Numbered from the stretch's first letter, positions 46,720 through 58,600 are shown. The stretch is 64,000 nucleotides of DNA from the human T2T-CHM13v2.0 reference genome, Homo sapiens (GCF_009914755.1 NC_060930.1), one strand, 5' to 3'. Numbers and translations: made by a program. Notes: generated by a model from the sequence alone, not told the origin.

Positions 46720-47540
46720 TTACAAGTTCATTGTTCAAATAGTATTTGTTGGGGGCCAACTACAACTACACATCAGGGATTGTGCTCACATTGGACTAGT
46801 GTCTTTGGAAAACAGAGTCCTTGTGTGCCCTTTTTGAATTTACAGGCCAACTTGGGGAAGCAGAGAGACAAATAGGAAATCCAACAGCATGATAAGTAGT
46901 ATAATGAGAATGTTTAGGGAGATACGAGCATTTATAGGAGTAGCACTCAATAGGAAATCAAGGAAGGCTTCCTGGTGGCTATGATGTCTCAAGGGAGACT
47001 TGAAGCATGAGTAGGAGTATGTCAGATGAAAAGGGATGGGAGGAAGATTTCAGGTAGGGTAATTTGCATACGTGAATATTTAGACCCAGAGAAAGTCCAG
47101 AGGGACTGAGGAACTTAAAAGAAATCCAGTATGGGAGGAGCATAGTACCTGTTGGGGAGGGTGGGGACTCTTGATAAATGAGGATAGTAATTCAAGTTCT
47201 TTGGCTCTTGAGTTACTTTTGGACAAGTTGAGCTTCAAGTAGCTAGTACATAGGAGGAGCTTAATAAATATTTATTGAATGAATGAACATGTAAGTAAAA
47301 ATGTCTAATAGGTACCTGGCAAAGTGGACTTCCTAGTCAGGAAAGAGAGGTTGGTTGGAGATTTCTATTTTGAAATTTTCAATGTATATATGAAAGTAAA
47401 AACACAAGGAGTGGTTGTGATCATCCAGGAGAAGGTATGCAGAGGAGGGAAGAGGGTCTAGGGGCTGAATCCTGGGGTACCCACACCTGAGAGGAGGGAG
47501 AGGAAGAGGGGCTCTCAGAAGAGCCTGAGCAGGAAGGGCC
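46720..47540 (-). mobile_element. L2 fragments (approximate)
   Basis: TTCATTGTTCAAATAGTATTTGTTG start; CAAGGAAGGCTTCCTGG and GAATCCTGGGGTACCCACAC motifs. Confidence 0.55.
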
Positions 47541-47634
47541 ATTGTAATAGGACTAAACACTAAGCCCCTGAAGTCAGCTCTCTGGGGGCAGAGGTTTTTG
47601 TTCTGTTTATTTTGGGATGCCTGCTGTTGACCAG

Positions 47635-47925
47635 ATTATGCTCCCCTACCCACCCAAATTCACATATTGAAGCCCTAACACTCAATGTGACTGTATCTGG
47701 AGATAGGGTCTTTGGGAGGTAATTATGGTTAAATGATGTTTTAAGGCTGGGACCCTACTCTGATAGGACTGTGGCCTTATAAAAAGAGCTCTCTCTTTTT
47801 CTGTCCTCCTCCTTCTACCTCCTCCAGGACCCACCCCAACCCCACACTGAGAAAATAAATCGCTGTTGTTTAAATCACCCAGTCTATGGTATTTTGTTAC
47901 AGTAGCCTGAGCTGACCAAAACAGT
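47635..47925 (+). mobile_element. MLT1A-like LTR, internally deleted
   Basis: CCAAATTCACATATTGAAGCCCTAAC...AAAATAAATCGCTGTTGTTTAAATCACCCAGTCTATGGTATTTTGTTA. Confidence 0.7.
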
Positions 47926-48267
47926 TCTCCGCACTTAGAAATGGTCCTGGTAAATACAGCTAATCAATATTTTTTTGAGTGAATTGAATGAATGAGTCAT
48001 TCACTGGCATGCTTATAAATGCATTACTCCCTCCACAGTGTGATTGTCATTGAGCAGGTTGGGAGAAGGGAGGAGCTCTCGCAAACATGGAAGTCCTGGG
48101 TGCTTAGGGAGAATGGGAAGGTGCCGTGGTCACAAAATCGGAAGAAAGAGCTGAAAGGCTGAAAGGCTGAAAATGCTAAACTGCTCAAATCTCCTCTGTC
48201 TTTTTTTAAAAAAAATCATTTGGCTAGGCTGGCTCTGAAATTGGGGATGGTTCTTGGTTGATTATGT

Positions 48268-48268
<1 letters not shown>

Positions 48269-48300
<32 letters not shown>
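48269..48300. repeat. (GT)16 microsatellite
   Basis: 32 nt of pure GT about 6.6 kb upstream of promoter A; matches the known upstream ESR1 GT repeat. Confidence 0.95.
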
Positions 48301-48303
<3 letters not shown>

Positions 48304-49876
48304 GGCCCTTCTTAACATTAGATAGGACTATCTGAATCTAAGTGAATTTAGGCACAATCTAGATATTGCTCTTCATAGAGAAATAATACTCTAAGCTGGC
48401 AATGAAATTCCTCAAGTAAACAACAGATAAAGGGAAGGAGAGGGACACAGTGTAACAATAATTGGAATAATTGGAATTCTTGTATCACTCATGGCACTTA
48501 CAGTGAAAGTACTTTCTACATTGTCTTCTATTACATGCAACATAGGTACATTATATAAAAAGATCCTAAAATATTGTTAAAAGAAATTTTCCCAGAAAAT
48601 GTAAGATAAAAGTTACTAAATTCTATTAAGCTTGCAAGTTAAATCCAAATCATTCATTGACTCATAATCAAGAACAGTCATGCTGCCTGACAACCAAAAA
48701 ATTCAAACTGTCTTCATCAAGTCCTGGGTGGGAAGCCAGGAAATGGGATCTGAGATCACAGGCTTTGTGAGAGTCAGGGTCTTTGGCGTGATTCTTGGTC
48801 ACAAATCATGCATTTTTTTCCTTGGAGAGATAGTGGGAAAGAAAAGGCTGTTTAAAAACATGTTAAAGAATACTGATTCCATTTGACTTCTTGTTAATGT
48901 GTACCCTTGCAGACTTGGGTAAAACTTGATCATGTTAAAAGCCATTGTACTTAAAGATTCATGACTAGAGTGTTAGGACAATTCTGTGGCCTTGGGGGTC
49001 CCATTGCAGCAAGAAGAGTCTGACTGAGAAGAGGATAGCTCCGTCCTTTGATGCCTAGTAACCTGCATGCCCAGCACTTTGCTGGCTGGGCCATTGGTAG
49101 GAAATGCGGTACATGCACTTCAATCTGTAAGAGATCATGGTCCATAGAGATCATAGATTTATTTTGCCACCTGGCCCAGATGGTGATAGAAGTCAGGACA
49201 ATGGTTGCCTAGAGGGGTTGGGAGTTTATTAGAATGGGACACAAAGGGAAATTTCTGGGGTGATGGAAATACTCTATACTTTCATTGGGATGATTGTTAC
49301 ATGGACATATCCATCTGTCAAATTCATCAAATGGTATGCTTTAGATACATGTATTTCATTGTATATAAATTTTGCCTCAAGAAACAAAAACTCAAGGTCA
49401 GGTGAAAAAAGTCCAGGAGCTAATCAAAAACCCTTAAAATAAGTGACCAAACTATTTGTGAAAATGAGCAGAAACTTAAAGGGAAATTCTTTGTTATTTT
49501 TCCACATTAGAGGAAAATTGATGGTATCAGATAAATGCTCAAAAATAAGCTTCCAAACAGAGCATTTATAATCAGTACAATAATAAGTTTGAACACAGAC
49601 AAACCTTCATGTCTCAGAGTGAAGGAACCATTTCTAGTAGTATAAGCTATTACGGAGATAGTTCCACATTTATTTTCTTTCATGTTTCTTTTGGAGGAAT
49701 AATGTTTTTGTAAATGTAAAATGCTTTTAATGGAGCTAGAGAAGAAGCTATGTTTGGTCATAGTATTATCTGCTTGCGAACTAAAAATTCAGAGCTCTCT
49801 TGTGAATCATGCTGCCAAGAATTGCAGACTTAAGCCTCAAGATTGTACGAATTTAAATTTTGACTTTATGGCCTCA

Positions 49877-50226
<350 letters not shown>

Positions 50227-51127
50227 TGGTAGAATGTCACATGGAAAGTTAACTTTTAGAGATAGTAATCCAGACACCTATAATATTACATTGTCCTTTT
50301 AAGTATCTATATCAATAAATTAACCAACATTTGTTGACTTAACATGGCCAGGGACAGTGCTGGGTTCTCATAATTCCCAAGTAATTCTAGCCAGACCTTG
50401 TCCTCAAGGAGCTTATGAGCAGCATGAGGAGATAAAAAACAGATAAATAACTCTAATTCAGGAAGAATTTGATAAATGCATGATAACTACTACTAGAATT
50501 CAGAGGAGAGGAAATTTTCTTTGAATAGAGACTAAAGGAAGGAATAATGAATGTGGTAGCATTTGGGCTGGACCTATTACAAGAGGCATGCTTTCCCCTG
50601 ACAAGCCAAGAAAGTGGGGATTTAAGGTAGAAGAAAAGAAAAGCCTTGAGTTCTTGGAGTATTAAAATTTTGCTTGGCTGAAGCATAGGTTACAGTCGGA
50701 GGAGATGGACTAGGAAGGATCGTTATGGGCAGAGAGGAAGCCCTGAACTCATGGGGGAAGCTATGATTTGGGTTAAAGACAGAGCTGGGTCATGTCAAGA
50801 TGGATCCTGAAGCAGTAAAAAAAAATCCAAGAAAGTAAACAGGTTGCAGGGTTTAGGATGAAGTCCGGGAGGAAAGGGCAGAGTGGTCCTTAGGAGGCCG
50901 TTAGGACAGGTAAGGTAATGGGTCTCAAAGGGAGTGGCCGAAATGCAATGGAAAAAGAGAGATTGTAAAGCTAGAAGGCTTAGGAATTGCCTCTTGATTA
51001 GGTGTGGAAGGCAAGGGAAAATCAGCCCTCGAAGAAGACAGTGAGATTTTAATCTGGGTGGCTGGAGAGACAGTGATGCTGGGCACAGACACGGGGAAGT
51101 TGAGAGGAACACCATGTTTGAGAATGG

Positions 51128-51134
51128 TGACTCA
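51128..51134. promoter_or_regulatory. AP-1 site in the distal ESR1 enhancer (ER-EH0 region)
   Basis: Perfect TGACTCA about 3.78 kb upstream of promoter A, consistent with the remembered position of the AP-1-containing enhancer. Confidence 0.6.
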
Positions 51135-51139
51135 TATTT

Positions 51140-51243
51140 GAACAAGCCTGCAATGCCCAGCAGACCGCTGGAAAAGTGGGGCTGGAGACACATTCAACGG
51201 AGGAGCCAGATCAATCTTTACCCTTCTTCACCTGAGAGAGCCA
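51140..51243 (+). other. ESR1: ESR1 untranslated exon D (5' end approximate)
   Basis: CACATTCAACGGAGGAGCCAGATC leader; donor CCA|GTAAGT after 51243; about 3.7 kb upstream of promoter A. Confidence 0.7.
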
Positions 51244-52681
51244 GTAAGTCACGGCTGGAACGTGTGTGTCCAGCAGGAGAGGGTAGGGAGGGAAGCCAAG
51301 AGAGCTGGGAGCCCAAGAGTGAAGTTTTTGCCAAAGGCAGAAGAGGAAAGTCGGCGTAGCACAGTATACTTTCCCACCCATGCTCACCAAGCCCAGGGAC
51401 AAGGCTCACCAAGATGAGTTTGGAAGAGAATGCTGGAGAGAAAGTGGTTAAGAAAACTGCCTTTACTGAACTTCTTGGGCTAACTTTGATTGTAAGTCTC
51501 TGAACAATCAAAGCCTGTGAGGAGACAGCCAACCTTCTTATTCTTCCTATGTCAATAGTGAACAATTGCAGATCCCCTTTCCTTTCCTTCTCCTTTCCCC
51601 TGTTCCTCTCTCCTCCCTCCCTGAATACTCTTGCTTTTTTCTGGGACTGGTCTAGAGCATGGGTGGCCATTGTTGACCTACAGGAGGCACCACTGTCACC
51701 AACAAAGGGTAACAGTCTTTCTTTTCAATATTTATTTATATCCAGTATTTATTTTCAATACTGACTATGGAGAGAGCTCTCCTGTGCTCAAACACTGCAA
51801 TACTGGGGGTCTTTCAAAGCACAAAAACATATATTTGCATGATGGCATCATTAACATTTTTATGGCTTTCTATTTCTTTTTTGTACTGGTCTCAAGAGCC
51901 ACTCATAAATCTCTCAGTAACTGCATAGTGTCCCAGGGCCAGAGACCGGCCACTCCTGGCATTGTGATTAGAGTCATTTAATATCCAAGGTGGTGACTAA
52001 TGTCTGGCAACAAAGCCTCCATTGGGTGTCATGTGTCCTGGGACCCTGAGCGTGGGCACTCTAGGAGCACCTCAGTATTGCGTGTTAGTACTATGGCCGA
52101 GAGAATAGTTGAGAAAGTGGTCAAGAGGTGGATCCATGTGAACGCCACTGGGAAATGAGAGACCTCGTTCCCAATCACGGTCAGTGCAACTCGAAAGCCT
52201 AAAATCAGTTTAAAACAAAGGTATCTACCTTTATCTTATGTTCATATCCTAGGCTTTTAATAATACGTATTTTTCACATGTTTACAGAAAGCAGTCAACT
52301 GAGCTATTCATGGAAAGGTTTGTGGGTTTGGTTAACGAAGTGGAGGAGTATTACATTTCAGCTGGAAACACATCCCTAGAATGCCAAAACATTTATTCCA
52401 AAGTCTGGTTTCCTGGTGCAATCGGAGGCATGGCAATGCCTCTGTTCAGAGACTGGGGGCTAGGGCCAGTAAGGCATTTGATCCACATGTATCCCAGAAG
52501 GCTTTTATTGTTAAATTATATTCTTTCGGAAAAACCACCCATGTCCTATTTTGTAAACTTGATATCCATACACTTTTGACTGGCATTCTATTTTAGCCGT
52601 AAGACTATGATTCACAGCAAGCCTGTTTTTCCTCTTGCTTGGGGTGGCAGCAGAAAGCATAGGGTACTTTCCAGCCTCCAA

Positions 52682-52704
52682 GGGTAGGGGCAAAGGGGCT
52701 GGGG
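52682..52704 (+). other. G-quadruplex motif in promoter/exon C region
   Basis: GGGTAGGGGCAAAGGGGCTGGGG, four G-tracts. Confidence 0.75.
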
Positions 52705-52899
52705 TTTCTCCTCCCCAGTACAGCTTTCTCTGGCTGTGCCACACTGCTCCCTGTGAGCAGACAGCAAGTCTCCCCTCACTCCCCACTGCCATTCATCCAG
52801 CGCTGTGCAGTAGCCCAGCTGCGTGTCTGCCGGGAGGGGCTGCCAAGTGCCCTGCCTACTGGCTGCTTCCCGAATCCCTGCCATTCCACGCACAAACAC

Positions 52900-53041
52900 A
52901 TCCACACACTCTCTCTGCCTAGTTCACACACTGAGCCACTCGCACATGCGAGCACATTCCTTCCTTCCTTCTCACTCTCTCGGCCCTTGACTTCTACAAG
53001 CCCATGGAACATTTCTGGAAAGACGTTCTTGATCCAGCAGG
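52900..53041 (+). other. ESR1: ESR1 untranslated exon C (5' end approximate/variable)
   Basis: Recognised TCTCTCGGCCCTTGACTTCTACAAGCCCATGGAACATTTCTGG leader; donor CAGG|GTAGGC after 53041; about 2 kb upstream of promoter A. Confidence 0.8.
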
Positions 53042-53746
53042 GTAGGCTTGTTTTGATTTCTCTCTCTGTAGCTTTAGCATTTTGAGAAAGCAACTTACCT
53101 TTCTGGCTAGTGTCTGTATCCTAGCAGGGAGATGAGGATTGCTGTTCTCCATGGGGGTATGTGTGTGTCTCCTTTTTCTTTCAGGACTTGTAGGATTCTT
53201 TGTGCCATTTGCATATAATTTGGCAGGTTCACATTTTTTAAGAGCCCTATGAAGTGCTTTTTGCATGTGTTTTAAAAAGGCATTTGAAAATTGAAAGTGT
53301 GATTTATGGAAATTAAATCATCTGTAAAAAATTGCTTTGGAAAGTAATGATTGCTGGCCATAAAGGGAAATATCTGCGATGCACCTAATGTGTTTTTAAC
53401 CCTTTATTTGCTGACAATCTATAGTCATTAATGCTAAACTCGATTTTGGCTTCAGCTACATTTGCATATTGTCCAACAATGGTCTATTTTTGTAAGAATT
53501 AGATAAAATGTATACTTGATATAAAATAGTCAAAAATGTAACTCTTAGTAACAGTAAGCTTGGCATTTAGATAGACCATGAACACTTCGTCAGATACTCT
53601 GTTGGGTGTTTGGGATAGCAATTAAAACAAAGTATTGATAGTTGTATCAGAGTCTATTAGGCTGCAGCAAAGGAAGTTTATTCAAAAGTATAAACTATCC
53701 AAGATTATAGACGCATGATATACTTCACCTATTTTTTGTCTCCTTA

Positions 53747-53751
<5 letters not shown>

Positions 53752-53789
<38 letters not shown>
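53752..53789. repeat. (TA)19 promoter microsatellite, followed by imperfect (TG)n
   Basis: 38 nt of pure TA about 1.1-1.2 kb upstream of promoter A; the known polymorphic ESR1 TA repeat. Confidence 0.95.
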
Positions 53790-53797
<8 letters not shown>

Positions 53798-54017
53798 TGT
53801 GTGTGTGTATGTGCGTGTGCATGTTTAACTTTTAATTCAGTTAAAAACTTTTTTCTATTTGTTTTTCATCTGGATATTTGATTCTGCATATCCTAGCCCA
53901 AGTGAACCGAGAAGATCGAGTTGTAGGACTAAAGGATAGACATGCAGAAATGCATTTTAAAAATCTGTTAGCTGGACCAGACCGACAATGTAACATAATT
54001 GCCAAAGCTTTGGTTCG

Positions 54018-54490
54018 TGACCTGAGGTTATGTTTGGTATGAAAAGGTCACATTTTATATTCAGTTTTCTGAAGTTTTGGTTGCATAACCAACCTGTGGA
54101 AGGCATGAACACCCATGTGCGCCCTAACCAAAGGTTTTTCTGAATCATCCTTCACATGAGAATTCCTAATGGGACCAAGTACAGTACTGTGGTCCAACAT
54201 AAACACACAAGTCAGGCTGAGAGAATCTCAGAAGGTTGTGGAAGGGTCTATCTACTTTGGGAGCATTTTGCAGAGGAAGAAACTGAGGTCCTGGCAGGTT
54301 GCATTCTCCTGATGGCAAAATGCAGCTCTTCCTATATGTATACCCTGAATCTCCGCCCCCTTCCCCTCAGATGCCCCCTGTCAGTTCCCCCAGCTGCTAA
54401 ATATAGCTGTCTGTGGCTGGCTGCGTATGCAACCGCACACCCCATTCTATCTGCCCTATCTCGGTTACAGTGTAGTCCTCCCCAGGGTCA
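54018..54490. promoter_or_regulatory. Three ERE half-sites upstream of promoter A
   Basis: TGACCT 54018-54023, AGGTCA 54045-54050, GGGTCA 54485-54490; possible autoregulatory half-EREs. Confidence 0.45.
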
Positions 54491-54589
54491 TCCTATGTAC
54501 ACACTACGTATTTCTAGCCAACGAGGAGGGGGAATCAAACAGAAAGAGAGACAAACAGAGATATATCGGAGTCTGGCACGGGGCACATA

Positions 54590-54740
54590 AGGCAGCACAT
54601 TAGAGAAAGCCGGCCCCTGGATCCGTCTTTCGCGTTTATTTTAAGCCCAGTCTTCCCTGGGCCACCTTTAGCAGATCCTCGTGCGCCCCCGCCCCCTGGC
54701 CGTGAAACTCAGCCTCTATCCAGCAGCGACGACAAGTAAA
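54590..54740 (+). other. ESR1: ESR1 untranslated exon B (5' end approximate)
   Basis: Sequence CTGGCCGTGAAACTCAGCCTCTATCCAGCAGCGACGACAAGTAAA followed by GTAAAG donor; position just upstream of promoter A. Confidence 0.65.
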
Positions 54741-54799
54741 GTAAAGTTCAGGGAAGCTGCTCTTTGGGATCGCTCCAAATCGAGTTGTGCCTGGAGTGA

Positions 54800-54915
54800 T
54801 GTTTAAGCCAATGTCAGGGCAAGGCAACAGTCCCTGGCCGTCCTCCAGCACCTTTGTAATGCATATGAGCTCGGGAGACCAGTACTTAAAGTTGGAGGCC
54901 CGGGAGCCCAGGAGC
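54800..54915 (+). promoter_or_regulatory. ESR1: ESR1 promoter A (proximal)
   Basis: CCAAT 54808-54812, TATA-like TACTTAAA 54883-54890, classical start near GGAGCTGGCGG at about 54911. Confidence 0.8.
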
Positions 54916-55029
54916 TGGCGGAGGGCGTTCGTCCTGGGACTGCACTTGCTCCCGTCGGGTCGCCCGGCTTCACCGGACCCGCAGGCTCCCGGGGCAGGGC
55001 CGGGGCCAGAGCTCGCGTGTCGGCGGGAC

Positions 55030-55092
55030 ATGCGCTGCGTCGCCTCTAACCTCGGGCTGTGCTCTTTTTCCAGGTGGCCCGCCGGTTTCTGA
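55030..55092 (+). other. uORF of promoter-A transcript (20 aa, MRCVASNLGLCSFSRWPAGF)
   Basis: ATG 55030, TGA 55090-55092; same frame as the main ORF. Confidence 0.85.
55061..55074 (+). promoter_or_regulatory. ESR1: Common 3' splice acceptor used by upstream untranslated ESR1 exons
   Basis: GCTCTTTTTCCAG|GTGGCC; first exonic base 55074 is 70 nt upstream of the ATG, matching the known shared acceptor. Confidence 0.9.
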
Positions 55093-55143
55093 GCCTTCTG
55101 CCCTGCGGGGACACGGTCTGCACCCTGCCCGCGGCCACGGACC

Positions 55144-55595
55144 ATGACCATGACCCTCCACACCAAAGCATCCGGGATGGCCCTACTGCATCAGATCCAA
55201 GGGAACGAGCTGGAGCCCCTGAACCGTCCGCAGCTCAAGATCCCCCTGGAGCGGCCCCTGGGCGAGGTGTACCTGGACAGCAGCAAGCCCGCCGTGTACA
55301 ACTACCCCGAGGGCGCCGCCTACGAGTTCAACGCCGCGGCCGCCGCCAACGCGCAGGTCTACGGTCAGACCGGCCTCCCCTACGGCCCCGGGTCTGAGGC
55401 TGCGGCGTTCGGCTCCAACGGCCTGGGGGGTTTCCCCCCACTCAACAGCGTGTCTCCGAGCCCGCTGATGCTACTGCACCCGCCGCCGCAGCTGTCGCCT
55501 TTCCTGCAGCCCCACGGCCAGCAGGTGCCCTACTACCTGGAGAACGAGCCCAGCGGCTACACGGTGCGCGAGGCCGGCCCGCCGGCATTCTACAG
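55144..55595 (+). CDS. ESR1: Estrogen receptor alpha, first coding exon (c.1-452; A/B domain, AF-1, including S104/S106/S118)
   Basis: Translation [57 protein letters not shown]...PPAFYR matches the ERalpha N-terminus. Kozak ACCATG at the start; donor TACAG|GTACCC after 55595 gives 452 coding nt. The ORF-track continuation to 55962 is intronic. Confidence 0.99.
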
Positions 55596-55644
55596 GTACC
55601 CGCGCCCGCGCCGCCCGTCGGGGTGGCCGCCGCGCCCGGCAGGA

Positions 55645-55664
55645 GGGAGGGAGGGAGGGAGGGA
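55645..55664 (+). repeat. (GGGA)5 G-rich tract, G4-capable
   Basis: Five GGG runs with 1-nt loops, 50 nt into intron 1. Confidence 0.85.
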
Positions 55665-58600
55665 GAAGGGAGAGCCTAGGGAGCTGCGGGAGCCGCGGGA
55701 CGCGCGACCCGAGGGTGCGCGCAGGGAGCCCGGGGCGCGCGGCCCAGCCCGGGGGTTCTGCGTGCAGCCCGCGCTGCGTTCAGAGTCAAGTTCTCTCGCC
55801 GGGCAGCTGAAAAAAACGTACTCTCCACCCACTTACCGTCCGTGCGAGAGGCAGACCCGAAAGCCCGGGCTTCCTAACAAAACACACGTTGGAAAACCAG
55901 ACAAAGCAGCAGTTATTTGTGGGGGAAAACACCTCCAGGCAAATAAACACGGGGCGCTTTGAGTCACTTGGGAAGGTCTCGCTCTTGGCATTTAAAGTTG
56001 GGGGTGTTTGGAGTTAGCAGAGCTCAGCAGAGTTTTATTTATCCTTTTAATGTTTTTGTTTAATGTGCTCCCCAAATTTCCTTTCATCTAGACTATTTGA
56101 TTGGAAATATGTCAGCTATGATGATGACTTTCTGGGAAGCGATTCCTGTCACCCGCTTTCCCCTCCTCCCCACCCCACGTCCTGGGGCTTTAGAGAGCGA
56201 TTGGGAGTTGAATGGGTCTGATTTCGGAGTTAGCTGGCTGAGTCCGCGCTGGAGCGGATTGCTGGCATGTGACTTCTGACAGCCGGAAATTTGTAGGTGT
56301 CCCGCGAGTTTAAAACAAGCCATATGGAAGCACAAGTGCTTAAAAATAATCTCCTGCCAGCCCAGTGACAAGCCTGTCCCACCCGGGGAGAATGCCCCGG
56401 AGTGGCGTGCGGGTCAGCCAGGGTCTGCGCCTCGCAGCCACTGTGGAAGGAGCGCGGCCGGTCCAGGACACAGGAGACCACTTTGTGACTTCAATGGCGA
56501 AGGTTGTGTGTCCTCATTTTAATTTTTTTCCCTACAAGAATTGTTCTTTCTCCCTCTCCTCTCCCTCCCATTTTCTCTTGCCCAGTTTCTCCTTTTGTTT
56601 TTTGTTTTTTGTTTTCCTGATGGGCCTGCAGAGGGATTAGGTGGGCGCTTCTGGTGAACACCTTCCTAGGTGGCCACAGGACAGGTGTACCCCGGACTGG
56701 GTTTGGAAGCTTCAGGGCGCCACATGGCTGGGTCCTGAATTAGGCATTTCCCAACTGTACACTGGTATCCGGACTGGTGTCCCTATATCTTTCTGCCTTG
56801 TAAGCCGTGGACCAGTTTTTGTTCAGTATTCTGTTTCCAGGGATATTTATAGCAGAAGGAAGGGGACTAAAGTGCAGTTTGGCCCCAGAGGATACTGAAG
56901 GGCAGATTCTGGGGGTATTCAGTGTGCATCTTCAGCCGCCTTGGAGAAATTTAGAGCATCCCACAGCCACGCAGATCCAAGCTGTCTTTACTCAAAAGAC
57001 AAACAATGAACAAGACTTTTAAAGGTTGGCATATTTCAAATTAATTTTACTTGTTTTAATTTAGGGTTAAAACAGAGAAAAAGGATTTCTTCTGCCCACC
57101 TTTTTTTTTTTAAATGGAAGAACAAAGTACAGCGATTAAGTCTAATTCCACACAACATTTAAAACTGCTTGATGTGAAGGAAGGCACTGGTATGATGTGA
57201 ATTCCATAACCTTATGATGGACTCCAGAAACCATTTTCTTCCCTATTTAATTTTCAGTTCTTTTATTGCAAATTAATGCTGCTGAATTTCAATGGGCACT
57301 AATGAGACTGCTCCTTGGTAGATTATTTACTGCCTTGCTAATAATTACAAAGTGAACCTGGTCAAATACAGAGGGGATCGCATCTTATTCAAAATTGTTC
57401 ATCATCCCAGTGATAAGTGGTATCAGTGTAATATGCCCTATCTTACACTTTCTGCATTACATGATATTCAAACACTCTTAGAATAATAAAAAAAGAGACA
57501 AGGAACTTAAAAATTAAAAAAAAAACTTGCACAAATGGGACTCTGTGTGGAAATTCAGTTTTAGAATGATTTTTCCTGTGTTTTATTTCCCGGATTATCT
57601 TTCCTCTTTTGTTAGAATTCTGCCTGTTATTATCCAGCAAGGAAAAGAAGCATCTATGCAAGTTCTTCATATGGACAGATATTATTTAGTATTTTTCCCC
57701 TCTCAGTTTTTCTGCTTAAATGACTCTGGGTATAAAGGAAAGGATTGATTGGGCTCTTTTAGGAAACTTTAAGTTTCTTAAGTAGTTCTCAAAAGTTTTG
57801 GGGCTGAAAGCAGTGTTTTCAAACTGCTTGTCATGACCCAGAGGGTCATGAACTCAGTTTAGTGAGTCTAGAATATTTTTTAAAAGGACTAAAATGGAAA
57901 GGAATATAATAGAAAATATCAGAGTGCATGGTATTTCGTAAGGATAAGTTTTGTTTCCTGAAAATCTGTTTTAATTATATGTGCTTCTGTGTGCTGATTG
58001 TGATGTAAAATGTATTTCTTACTGTGGATTGAATTCAAAGAAAAAATTAGAAAGCTAATGGCCTAAAATATTATATGTTCAGTAGAAAACAAAAAATTCA
58101 GGCAAGTGGCTGGTTGTTTTTACCTATACAAATCAAAAGGCTATTTTGATTGTCTTCATTTTCCCCTTATAAATTAGGTTGGTGTCTTTAGTCATTTAGG
58201 CTAAGTTTTACTATCTGATTCTTAACTTTTCTATTGTAGAATGGTGCTGTCATGTGGACTGTCCTCCCGAGTGTCCCACTGGATGTTCAGAGAATTTATG
58301 TGAAGGTCACGTCATTTAGCATTGAGATGCTGTGGTTACCTTCTTCCATTTCTTCCATAATATGCAGCCACATCTATGTGTGAAGAAATGTAATAGATAA
58401 AATTTCTCTGGACGCATAATAATGTGAGAAAGATTGTCACATGTCCCAGCAAATTGTTATTAATATAAATTTGTTACTTGGCAAGCTGAGATTTTGCAAG
58501 ATGTTACTCAAAATTTCACAATGAAGGAAACAGGGAGTCATCTTATCCTGGGTTCCTTTTTTAGATTTCAAACAACTTAGGAACTTTGAATAAAACTAAA

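Larger units (their letters stand above)
54610..55900. promoter_or_regulatory. CpG island over promoter A/B, exon 1 and start of intron 1
   Basis: Visibly GC-rich with dense CpG, in contrast to the AT-rich flanks. Confidence 0.9.

Noticed and set aside
54636-55397. Antisense and alternative-frame ORFs over exon 1 (54636-55166 minus; 55059-55397 plus)
   Set aside because: Expected in stop-poor CpG-island DNA; the plus-strand one lacks an ATG.
57831-57851. Palindrome TCATGACCC-AGA-GGGTCATGA with nuclear-receptor half-sites
   Set aside because: Everted orientation, so not an ERE, and it appears to sit in a short hAT-type relic starting CAGTGTTTTCAAACTG.
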